DNA of 39,208 nucleotides from Chthonomonadaceae bacterium (GTDB lineage Bacteria > Armatimonadota > Chthonomonadetes > Chthonomonadales > Chthonomonadaceae). Every line of letters begins with the position of its first letter. Within the stretch, counting starts at the first letter, position 1. Location of the stretch: NCBI GenBank assembly GCA_035650735.1, contig DASRGZ010000017.1:62001-101208 (forward strand). The letters run 5' to 3'. A program made the translations under genes and the position numbers. Below, piece after piece: positions 19,346 to 27,981 of this stretch. The notes under the pieces are model-generated. The model was not told the origin of the DNA. It did not search any database and saw nothing but the letters and a program-made list of their open reading frames with translations.

Positions 19346-20741
19346 GACGAAAGAGCCGTTCTCCGAGCGGCGCAGGCTGATGACCGTGCGCCAGGATGTG
19401 GTAGAGGTGGCCCGGCAAATCCGCGCGAACCTTATGCCGGAGAGGGCAGAGCAACTCCGTTACATCTTGCAGGAAGTTCACCCCGCCGACCTCGCCGACG
19501 CCATGCTGTTCCTGAGTGAGCAGGAGGATGCGCAGGTATTCAAAGCCCTCGACACAGCAGAGGCCGCCGAGGTTCTGGACGAGGTGGATGCCACGACAGA
19601 GGCCCGTCTGGTCAAAATCACCAGCCCCGACCGTCTCGCCGACATCCTGGAAGAACTTCCTCCGGACGAGGGGGCCGATGTCGTGGGCGGGCTGCCGCAA
19701 GACGCCGCCGAGCGCGTGCTCACCCTCACGGATAGAGAGACGGCGCAAGAGATCCGCACCCTGCTCGCCTATCCGAAGGACACCGCAGGCGGCATCATGT
19801 CGTTGGGTTACGTGGACGTGCCGGAAACGGCAACACAAGCCGAGGCCATCGCGCGGTTCCGGGACAAGCAAGAGGCCGACCCCATCTTCTTCCTTTATGT
19901 CGTGGACGCGCAGGGCCGTCTGCTCGGGGCGGTGGACCTGCGGACGCTGCTCTCGGCCAGCCCAACGACGCCGGTACGGGAACTGATGCGCGAAGAGGTC
20001 GTGACCGTCACCCCAGAGTGCGACCAGGAGCAGGTCGCCAACGTGTTCGCCCGGTACGACTTGACCGCCCTGCCGGTGGTCAGCGGCGCGCCGGAGAGCA
20101 AGCTGCTGGGCGTGATTACCCCCGACGACATCATTGACGTGATCCAGGAGGAGGCGACCGAGGATGTCGCCCATATGTCGGGTTCCGATGCGCAGGAGTT
20201 GGAGAACAAGACCCCGGCGCAGGTGGCCAAGCTACGCCTGCCCTGGATCATGGCGACGATGTTCATCGAACTGCTGGCGGGTTTCGTCATCCACTATTTC
20301 GACTCGACTCTGACCAAGTACATCCTGCTGGCCTCGTTTATGCCGATCATTTCGGCCATCTCCGGCAACACCGGCTTACAGTCCGCCGCCATCATCATCC
20401 GGGGGTTATCCACAGGGCACGTCCAGCTCGCCCATTGGAAACACGCCGTCCTGCGCCAGTTGACCACGACGGCGCTGCTGGGCGGGGCGTGCGCCCTTGT
20501 CCTGGGAACCATCGGGGCCGTCTGGGACAAGCACTTGGTGTTCGGCATGACCGTTTTTTTGGGCATGTTTCTGGCGGCCAACATCGCCGGCATCGTTGGA
20601 ACCGTTGTCCCTCTTCTCTCTAAGCGGGCAGGTTTCGATCCGGCGCTTACGGCAGGCCCCTTTGAAACGGCGTTTCAAGATGTGGTGGGCATCAGCATCT
20701 TCCTCAGCCTGGCGGCCCTTTTGCTCCACTGGCTCCATTAG
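19338..20741 (+). CDS. mgtE: Magnesium transporter MgtE
   Basis: HPADLAD N-domain, YPKDTAGGIM, CBS pair, RLPW, ISAISGNTGLQS, DPALTAGPFETAFQDVVG. Confidence 0.95.
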   Translation: MSETKEPFSERRRLMTVRQDVVEVARQIRANLMPERAEQLRYILQEVHPADLADAMLFLSEQEDAQVFKALDTAEAAEVLDEVDATTEARLVKITSPDRLADILEELPPDEGADVVGGLPQDAAERVLTLTDRETAQEIRTLLAYPKDTAGGIMSLGYVDVPETATQAEAIARFRDKQEADPIFFLYVVDAQGRLLGAVDLRTLLSASPTTPVRELMREEVVTVTPECDQEQVANVFARYDLTALPVVSGAPESKLLGVITPDDIIDVIQEEATEDVAHMSGSDAQELENKTPAQVAKLRLPWIMATMFIELLAGFVIHYFDSTLTKYILLASFMPIISAISGNTGLQSAAIIIRGLSTGHVQLAHWKHAVLRQLTTTALLGGACALVLGTIGAVWDKHLVFGMTVFLGMFLAANIAGIVGTVVPLLSKRAGFDPALTAGPFETAFQDVVGISIFLSLAALLLHWLH

Positions 20742-20785
20742 AACGCTTAGCCCAATTTGCGCTCCGCTGCCTCGGATATGCCGTC

Positions 20786-20801
20786 TGGCATGAAATATGC
20801 A
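20786..20801 (+). promoter_or_regulatory. sigma-54 promoter of PEP-CTERM gene 20944-21846
   Basis: TGGCAT-GAAAT-ATGCA; invariant GG and GC correctly spaced, one mismatch. Confidence 0.6.
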
Positions 20802-20943
20802 CTGGCATTTCTCCGAGGCGAATTGGTCCAGAAGGGTTTTCGGTCGCTATGGCCCTTCTCCCGCCGATTTGGCTCCCTATTGCACCCCCGCTACGCAGTA
20901 CGTTTGCCAAAAAGGAATCTCTACACACTCGGAAGGAGAAGCC

Positions 20944-21846
20944 ATGCGAACTTCTGTGCTCTTGCCGTTGGCCCTGATCTGTGTCGTAGCGACCGTCCCG
21001 GCGTCCGCCCAATCTCCCGTCTTGTTTGGCGGCAATGGTGGCCACAGCCAGCCGCCCTCCATCAATGAGGGATGGCTCGTGCGGATCAATCAGACAGATG
21101 CATCTGTCACCCCGATCGGTCATCCCGATGGGGTCGCCCGCCTGTCTGGCCTCGCCTTTGATGCGACCGGCGCTCTGTTCGGCGCTACTCAGGTGGCCGG
21201 CGGCTTCCCACCGCCACCCGGGCCGCTTAGCACCAGCGATTTGATCCGTATTAATCCCCTCACAGGGTCCCTGGTCTCCAATATCGGACCCATTACCGCA
21301 GGAGGCAAGGGCATTAGCATTGCCGATCTGGCCGTCCAGCCAGGAACGGATGCGCTGTTCGGCGTCGAGAGCCCTCAGGATGGCCTGGGACAGCAAGGCA
21401 ATCTCTACCGCATTGATAAGCAGACGGGCGTGGCGACCCTGCTCGGCAACACCGGCTTTTTCTTTGACAGCATTGCGTTTGCGCCCGACGGCACTCTGTA
21501 CCTGGCTTCGGCGAACCTGGGCCCGAGGGGTACCGTGGCGGACATCGGACTGAGAACGCTGGACCCCACCAATGCACTTATCCTCAGTTCGGTCACGACC
21601 AACGATTTCTTTGGCGCTCTAGGCGTGCGACCGACGGATGGCGTGATCTTTGGGGGAACCGGCGACACCCATATGATCTTTACCATCGATCCTGTGAACG
21701 GAGCTGAGACGCTGGTCGGCGATACGGGAAACAACTTCATTGGCGCTTTTGCCTTCTCCGTTCCCGAGCCCGGCGCGCTCTCCCTGCTGCTCGGCCTGGG
21801 TCTCTCCGGGGCAGGCTTTGCCGCCCGCCGCCGGCGCCGCCGCTAA
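20944..21846 (+). CDS. PEP-CTERM protein, probable beta-propeller
   Basis: Signal peptide ..PASA/Q; repeated GLAF/DLAV/SIAF and IDxxTG blades; VPEPGALSLLLGLGLSGAGFAARRRRRR; RBS GAAGGAG. Confidence 0.9.
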   Translation: MRTSVLLPLALICVVATVPASAQSPVLFGGNGGHSQPPSINEGWLVRINQTDASVTPIGHPDGVARLSGLAFDATGALFGATQVAGGFPPPPGPLSTSDLIRINPLTGSLVSNIGPITAGGKGISIADLAVQPGTDALFGVESPQDGLGQQGNLYRIDKQTGVATLLGNTGFFFDSIAFAPDGTLYLASANLGPRGTVADIGLRTLDPTNALILSSVTTNDFFGALGVRPTDGVIFGGTGDTHMIFTIDPVNGAETLVGDTGNNFIGAFAFSVPEPGALSLLLGLGLSGAGFAARRRRRR

Positions 21847-21990
21847 CCCCGCAATACGGTCTCTCCCTCCAGCAAGCCTCCTATATCTATATAGCCATCC
21901 GTCCCGATATCCGCGCGGATACCGAACCGGATATGTGTGGCATGTCTGGGGCTATTTACGGCCTATGCGGGCCGTGGGGAGGCGTTGGGA

Positions 21991-22602
21991 CTATGTGCGC
22001 CGGCGGCGTCGGACAGCGAAACCCGCGCCACTTACACCTATGCCCATCAGCAGAGCCAGGCTGCCGGGCTCGGGCACGGCCGGACTATCGCTGTGAAGGA
22101 TGTAGGTCACCGGGCCGTCGGCCCCGGCCACGAACCCGGGTTGGCCTTCCATCGGGGTATAGGTAAACCCGTTGTTGCCTTCAAGCCCGACTTCCTCCAT
22201 TATCAGGGTATTGTCATACTGGTCCGTCGGAAAGCCCGTGTCGGCCAGGGCATCCGTCCCCTCGTCGTTATCCGAATAGAACACCAGCGAGCCTCCATCT
22301 TCCTGCGGATTGAAGCGGATAATGTCGGAGATGCGCTCGGCCCCAGGCTCTATGAGAAGCAAATCGCCTGCCGTCAGGCCGGGAGGATTCAGCAGGTTGT
22401 AGGTTAGCGCCGAAGCGAGTCCGCCCGGCCCCGGGTCGGCCTGCATGGAGGAGGACAGCGTGGCGAAAAATTCGTCCGAGTTGGTGAAAGTGCCGTGCCC
22501 GTTCTCGTCCACGTCAATGGTGACGGTGAAGTCCTGCGCGGAAGCCATCCCGCCCAGGACCATTAGGGCCGCGCCCGCAGCCAGGAAAGCCGGAAACTTC
22601 AT
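21991..22602 (-). CDS. PEP-CTERM sorting domain protein (acidic)
   Basis: Signal peptide ..MASA/Q; VPEPGSLALLMGIGVSGAGFAVRRRRRT; RBS TAGGAG. Confidence 0.9.
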   Translation of the reverse strand: MKFPAFLAAGAALMVLGGMASAQDFTVTIDVDENGHGTFTNSDEFFATLSSSMQADPGPGGLASALTYNLLNPPGLTAGDLLLIEPGAERISDIIRFNPQEDGGSLVFYSDNDEGTDALADTGFPTDQYDNTLIMEEVGLEGNNGFTYTPMEGQPGFVAGADGPVTYILHSDSPAVPEPGSLALLMGIGVSGAGFAVRRRRRT

Positions 22603-22666
22603 CGAGTAGCTCCTATCCAATCAAGATGAATCAGGCCGAAGACACTGAGCCTGTAACAAGGAGATT

Positions 22667-22682
22667 GGCAAGGAGTGTGCCG
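22667..22682 (-). promoter_or_regulatory. sigma-54 promoter of PEP-CTERM gene 21991-22602
   Basis: Minus strand CGGCAC-ACTCC-TTGCC. Confidence 0.6.
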
Positions 22683-22790
22683 GGAGACCGCGCTCTCGGG
22701 AAGACACGGCCCTTTTGCGGGTACGCTGTGCCCAAAACCGGTAAAACCTGGAGGGCTGCTGACGGCCTGCGCGGAGGAGCGGCGCCGCCG

Positions 22791-25700
22791 CTATCCTGGC
22801 GCTGTCAGCGGGAGTTCAGCCTCTCTGAGCTGCGGAGTCGCCGGCGCTGACGCGGGGCGGGGAAGGGCGCGGCGTGCCTGAGGCGCAGAAAGCACCGCCC
22901 GTGGAGGCGGCAACCGCCGGAAGGCTTGAAGCAGTCCCAGAACCGCCGTGGGCGCCCCGACAGCGACAACCCAATCGGCCAGGGAGAGAGGGGTGGTGCC
23001 CAGCAGCCGTCGCAGTGGGGGAAGCGTTACCGCGCCGACCTGAGCAGCCGTGGAGAGGCCCACGCAGGCGGCCAGATAACGGTTGGGCAGTGCGGGCGTT
23101 TCCATCCGGTTGGAGGGCTCGGAGCGGCAGGCGAGCGCGTAGGCGATCTCGGCCATGGTGAGGGTGGTAAAGGCGGCTGTCCTGGCGCGCGTCCCCGGGC
23201 CGTAGCGGCCCAGGCCCCACAGGTAGCTGGCGAGGCTTGTTGCGGAGAGGGCGGCTGCGTCCCAGGTAATCGTCTGCCACAAAGAGCGGGTGAGCAGCGG
23301 TTCCTGGGGAGGACGCGGGCCGCGCTGCATGACCTGGGGGTCTGCCGGCTCCATCGCCAGCGCCAGGGCCGGGAAGATATCGGTGACCAGGTTGATCCAG
23401 AGCAGTTGGAGGGCCGTCAGGGGAGGCGGGCGTCTCAGGAGCAAAGCGGCGCCCACCAGGGCGATGTCGCCCAGGTTGGAGCAGATTAAGAACCGGAGCG
23501 CCTTGCGGATATTGGCAAAGAGCGTCCGCCCGTGGCCGACAACGGCGGGCAGGCTCATTAAGTTATCGTCCAGCAGGATCACGTCCGCCAGATCCCGGGC
23601 GATCTGGGTACTGCGCATGCCCAGAGTGATGCCCACATCGGCGGCCCTGAGGGCCGGCGCGTCATTGATGCCGTCCCCCGTCATCATCACCACATGCCCC
23701 TGTTCCTGCAGCAGGCGCACGATCTCGTATTTATGTTCCGGGGTGACCCGCGCCAGGACATCCGGCAGCGGCTGCCCACCCGCCAGGCACTCATGCACCG
23801 CAGCCGCCTCCGCAACCCGCAGGCCATCCTTCTGACCCAGCCTAATGCTGCGCCCCACGGCTTCGGCCGTAACCCGTTGGTCTCCGGTGAGCATGAGGGT
23901 CCGAATGCCCGCCTCCGCAAGCCGCTCGATGGCTTCCCCTGCTTCCGCGCGAACCGGATCTTCCATGCCCACCAGCCCGATCCATTCCAGTCTGCGGTAG
24001 CCCGCGTGCCAGGTTTCCCCGGGCCCCAGAATACCATGGGCCAGCCCCAGGACACGCAGCCCGCGCGCCGCCAGCCGCTCGTTCCTGGCACGGATAGACT
24101 TCCGGCGTCGGGGCGTCAGCGGCAGAGAGCCTGATCTGGTTTGCTGATGGGAGCAGAGCGCCAGCACTTCCTCCGGGGCCCCTTTGACAAAGACCTCGGA
24201 GCTGCCGCCCAGATTGTGATGGATAGAGACCATGTAGTTACGGCCCGGCGCGCGCTCCTGGAGCTCATGCAGGACAAGCTCGGCCTGCAAGCGTCCCACA
24301 TCCACGCCTGCCGCCACAGCCGTCAGCAGCAGCGCCTTTTCTGTCGGGCTGCCCACGGCATCCCACTCGCCTGTGGGCAGGCGATGCAGCTCCGCCTGGG
24401 TGCAGAGGGCTCCCGTTTGCAGCGCCATCAGCAGCAGCGGCTCCTCCGCAGCAGAGAGAAGCTGCCCCTGCCGGAAAAACCGGATGTCATCGCGGGTGAT
24501 GGCCCCTGCGACCTCCGTCTCTTCCCCCTCCAGCACAAAGCACCGGATGCGCATACGGTTCTCGGTGAGGGTGCCGGTCTTGTCAGCACACAGAATGGTG
24601 ACGCTGCCCAGCGTGGCGACAGCCGGCAGACGCCGGATCACGACATTTTGGGCGCGCATCCGCTTCATCCCCAGCGCCAGGGTCAGCGTGGACACCGTAG
24701 GCAAGCCCTCCGGGATAGCGGAGACGGCCAACGACGCGACAAGGGCCAGGATTTCGAGGGCAGGCAGTCCAAAGAGGAGCCCCAAGACTCCGAACACTGC
24801 GCAGATGCCCATAGAGCCCAGGGCCAGGGTGCCGCCAAGCCGCTCTAAGCCCTGGGTCATCGGCGGCGGCCCGGCAGGCACCCCTCCGATCAGGGTGCGG
24901 ATTCGGCCTAACTCGGTGGACAGGCCCGTCGCCGTCACGAGAGCGGCCCCCTTGCCGGAGGCCACGGCTGAGCCGGCATAGACCATGTTGGCGCGCTCGG
25001 CCAGCGGAACCTCTGCCTCCTCGAGCGGGCCGGCCTCCTTCGCCTGTCCCGCCGTCTCGCCCGTCAGGAGCGATTCGTCCATCACGAGGTTATCCGAGCG
25101 CAGAACACGCCCATCCGCGGCGACGACGTGGCCCGGTTCCAGCAGCAAGATATCCCCCGGCACCACCTCTTCAATAGGAATTCGGACCCTGCGGCCCTCG
25201 CGCAGCACACGGGCATGGGGCGTGCGCGTCTGCCGCAAGGATTGGATCGTCCGCTCCGCATAATCTTCGGTAAAGAAGCCGATAGCCGCATTGAGCAGGA
25301 TGGCGCCGCCGATGAACAGCGCATCGGTAATGGCCCCCATCCAGGCAGAAAGGGTGGTTGCGGCGGAGAGCAGCAGGCTCGGAAGGGAGAGGAATTGCTC
25401 CTGAAGGATGGCCGCGCGGGGCCGGCGTGGGATATCCGGCACCTCATTGCGGCCATAGTGCTTAGTCCGCAGGGCGACCTGTTGGGCCGTAAGCCCGCGA
25501 TCCGGGATCGTCTCCAGGTGTTGAGCAACGGTCTCTATCGTCCAGGTATGCCAGGGTAAGGCAGGAACCGCCTCAGGCTCTCGGTCTCCGGCAGGCGCAG
25601 AGGCCGATCTACGGCGCGACACGCTCTGCGCGCCCGCCGACGCCGCTCTCTCTCGGGCCGGCCTTGCGGCCCGCTGGTTGTGCGGACTGTGGCTTCGCCT

Positions 25701-26018
25701 GGAATTTCCAGCATCCGTCGGAAGGGCAGGAAGTTGGGGTCGAACGGTCTTTGCGTCCGCGGGCATTGGCAGTCCCGAGGTGAGCACAGCCTCGATAACG
25801 CGCTTGAGCGCCGGAACGCCGGTAGCGGCAGGGTCGTAGAAGACCAGCACGCTTCCCGTTATCCGGTTCAGCTCTACGCTATCAACTCCGGCCGCCTGGC
25901 CAACCCGGTCTGCGATCTCTTGGGCCAGCGTCGGCGAGGTCTTGAGGGACTGGATCCGAAAGCGCGTTCGTCCGGGTATGACATCATGCGCCACAATGAC
26001 TTCCCTTGGGGCAGGCAT
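22791..26018 (-). CDS. Type II (Ca2+-like) P-type ATPase with N-terminal HMA2-like domain
   Basis: DESLLTGET, AIPEGLP, CADKTGTLT, VKGAPE, MLTGD, TGDGINDAPAL, LWINLVTD; N-terminal PGRTRF...GVDSVELNRITGSVLVFYD lacks CxxC. Confidence 0.93.
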   Translation of the reverse strand: MPAPREVIVAHDVIPGRTRFRIQSLKTSPTLAQEIADRVGQAAGVDSVELNRITGSVLVFYDPAATGVPALKRVIEAVLTSGLPMPADAKTVRPQLPALPTDAGNSRRSHSPHNQRAARPARERAASAGAQSVSRRRSASAPAGDREPEAVPALPWHTWTIETVAQHLETIPDRGLTAQQVALRTKHYGRNEVPDIPRRPRAAILQEQFLSLPSLLLSAATTLSAWMGAITDALFIGGAILLNAAIGFFTEDYAERTIQSLRQTRTPHARVLREGRRVRIPIEEVVPGDILLLEPGHVVAADGRVLRSDNLVMDESLLTGETAGQAKEAGPLEEAEVPLAERANMVYAGSAVASGKGAALVTATGLSTELGRIRTLIGGVPAGPPPMTQGLERLGGTLALGSMGICAVFGVLGLLFGLPALEILALVASLAVSAIPEGLPTVSTLTLALGMKRMRAQNVVIRRLPAVATLGSVTILCADKTGTLTENRMRIRCFVLEGEETEVAGAITRDDIRFFRQGQLLSAAEEPLLLMALQTGALCTQAELHRLPTGEWDAVGSPTEKALLLTAVAAGVDVGRLQAELVLHELQERAPGRNYMVSIHHNLGGSSEVFVKGAPEEVLALCSHQQTRSGSLPLTPRRRKSIRARNERLAARGLRVLGLAHGILGPGETWHAGYRRLEWIGLVGMEDPVRAEAGEAIERLAEAGIRTLMLTGDQRVTAEAVGRSIRLGQKDGLRVAEAAAVHECLAGGQPLPDVLARVTPEHKYEIVRLLQEQGHVVMMTGDGINDAPALRAADVGITLGMRSTQIARDLADVILLDDNLMSLPAVVGHGRTLFANIRKALRFLICSNLGDIALVGAALLLRRPPPLTALQLLWINLVTDIFPALALAMEPADPQVMQRGPRPPQEPLLTRSLWQTITWDAAALSATSLASYLWGLGRYGPGTRARTAAFTTLTMAEIAYALACRSEPSNRMETPALPNRYLAACVGLSTAAQVGAVTLPPLRRLLGTTPLSLADWVVAVGAPTAVLGLLQAFRRLPPPRAVLSAPQARRALPRPASAPATPQLREAELPLTAPG

Positions 26019-26141
26019 GTCACCCTGTGTTCCTTTGCATGTGAATTTGGGCCAACAGGTCGGATATTAACGGTTACGCCCCTGGGGGCAGGCATGTTAC
26101 CGGGTGTTCTTTTGCATGAATTATTTTCCGATTTTGACCAC

Positions 26142-26969
26142 CTACTTAGACGCGGACTGGTCTTTACCCTTTGCCGCCTCGCCCTCTTTTGGATCGCGTT
26201 GCGTGTGCAGCACATTCATCAGCGCAGACATGAGCGCGCCCGCCGCGCACGGGCCGACGACATAGATCCAGACGGTATCCATTGCGCCGCCCACAATCGC
26301 GGGACCGAGCGACCGCGCCGGGTTCATGGAAGCGCCGCTGATCGGCCCGGCGAACAGCCCGCACAGCGCGATGGTGCCGCCGACCGCAATCGCAGCGTTC
26401 GGCCCGACCGAGCTGTAGCGCGTCGCCGTGCCTAGAATGGCCGTCAGCAGGAAGCAGGTCAGCACAAACTCCATCACGAGGCCGATAAGGACGCCCTGAT
26501 GCGGGATGGTTGCGCCGACGTGCTTGGCCGGCCCGAAGAGCCCAAGCAACAGCAGGGCCGCCAGCACCGCGCCCGTGATCTGCACCAGCCAGTAGCCGGG
26601 CGCCCGCCGCCAGGGAAAAGCGCCGCGCAGCGCGAAGCCGAGCGTCACCGCCGGGTTGATATGCATGCCCGACGTGTCGCCGAGGGCGTAGATAAGCGCC
26701 ATGATAGCAAGGCCCGGCGCAACGGCCTTCGCGGCCTCGCTCACCTGGCCGTGGCTTACGGCGCCGATAACCTCGCCGCCCGCCGCGACGAACGTCAGCA
26801 CGAACGTGCCGAATAGCTCGGCGCACAGACTGCGCCAGAGCTCCGGCTCGTCGTGCCGATCCTTGACAGGCGCTTGCGGTTTGGGCTCAGGCGCCCGCGC
26901 GTTGTCCTCTTGCCCATGTCGGTCTTCCGGGGGCTCGGGAACGAGCGCCTCATGCAGCTTCGTTGCCAT
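26142..26969 (-). CDS. Aquaporin (MIP family)
   Basis: AELFGTF, SGMHINPAVT and SGASMNPARSLGP (two NPA motifs), six TM helices; RBS GAGGAG. Confidence 0.95.
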   Translation of the reverse strand: MATKLHEALVPEPPEDRHGQEDNARAPEPKPQAPVKDRHDEPELWRSLCAELFGTFVLTFVAAGGEVIGAVSHGQVSEAAKAVAPGLAIMALIYALGDTSGMHINPAVTLGFALRGAFPWRRAPGYWLVQITGAVLAALLLLGLFGPAKHVGATIPHQGVLIGLVMEFVLTCFLLTAILGTATRYSSVGPNAAIAVGGTIALCGLFAGPISGASMNPARSLGPAIVGGAMDTVWIYVVGPCAAGALMSALMNVLHTQRDPKEGEAAKGKDQSASK

Positions 26970-27387
26970 GAGACTCTCCTCTCTTAGAGCAAAGATCTAG
27001 CTCACATGGAAATGCTTGCTCTATCTCACCATACGCTAAATGACCTCGATCTGACTGCAATGATCGCAACAACCTTGAGCCACTTGCAATCCGCCGCACG
27101 CAAGCCTGGCATGCAGCGGATCGAATAGGATGGATCATTGGGCTAAAAAGGCAGGAAACGCACGCACGCTCTTGAACTCTAATACGATTAAACCGTATGG
27201 TAGCACTAGATGAAACGGTGAAAAGAGATTTAAGCATTGCAGGGAGTCACTGTTTCTTGCAGTTCCAGTGGTTAGTGCGTAGTGGTCTGTGATTAGAAAA
27301 GGTTGCAGAGAATCACTATTTCTTGATTTCTTGCAACTCTACCAACCTTATTGGCTTTAAGACATCTGTTCTCAGAGGAGAAGGAAC

Positions 27388-27834
27388 ATGGAACCGTTTG
27401 AATGGCTCTTACTTGGCGTTGGCTTTCTCGTGGGCAACCTGGTCGGTTCTCGGGGCAAGGGGCTGGTCAAATCGGCAGCCAAAGGCTACCTGATCGTGGA
27501 AGAAAAGACCAAGGAATGGACGGCCAATCTACGCGAGGATTTCAACGATGCCGTCGAAGAGGCCCGTTATGAGCGCGAGCAGGAGATGAGCCTGCGGGAA
27601 GAGGCCGGTACCCCGGCGGCCCTGGAGGAAGAGCCGGTTGAGCAAGCAGCGCCCGCAGCGGCCAAGTCGCCCTCCCGTAGCCGCGCCACCCGCGCGACGG
27701 GGGCGCGCTCTACTGGTAAGGGACGCGCCTCCTCGGGACGCAAGCGGGCTGGGGCGGAGCCTTCTGCCACGGCCACCCGCACCGAAGGCCCCTCTGCCGG
27801 CGCCGGTGAAGGAGGCACTCCTGAACCGGCATGA
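27388..27834 (+). CDS. DUF5132-like small protein
   Basis: N-terminal TM then GLVKSAAKGYL..W.ANLREDFNDAVEEARYE, resembling proteins found beside HMA2/P1B ATPases; low-complexity tail; RBS GAGGAG. Confidence 0.6.
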   Translation: MEPFEWLLLGVGFLVGNLVGSRGKGLVKSAAKGYLIVEEKTKEWTANLREDFNDAVEEARYEREQEMSLREEAGTPAALEEEPVEQAAPAAAKSPSRSRATRATGARSTGKGRASSGRKRAGAEPSATATRTEGPSAGAGEGGTPEPA

Positions 27835-27981
27835 GGAGGGAAATCTCTGATCCAGAGGCCTTGCCGGTACTAAAGGTGCGAAAGGTGCTGAGGGTTCTAA
27901 GGAAGGGAAATCCCTGATCCAGGGGGCCTTGATCGTGCCGCCCCGGGACAATGGCAGGAGTTTCTGACAGGAGATACAGGC

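Noticed and set aside
21870..21935. Palindromes between the convergent PEP-CTERM genes
   Set aside because: Short imperfect stems without a U tract; at most an ordinary terminator region.
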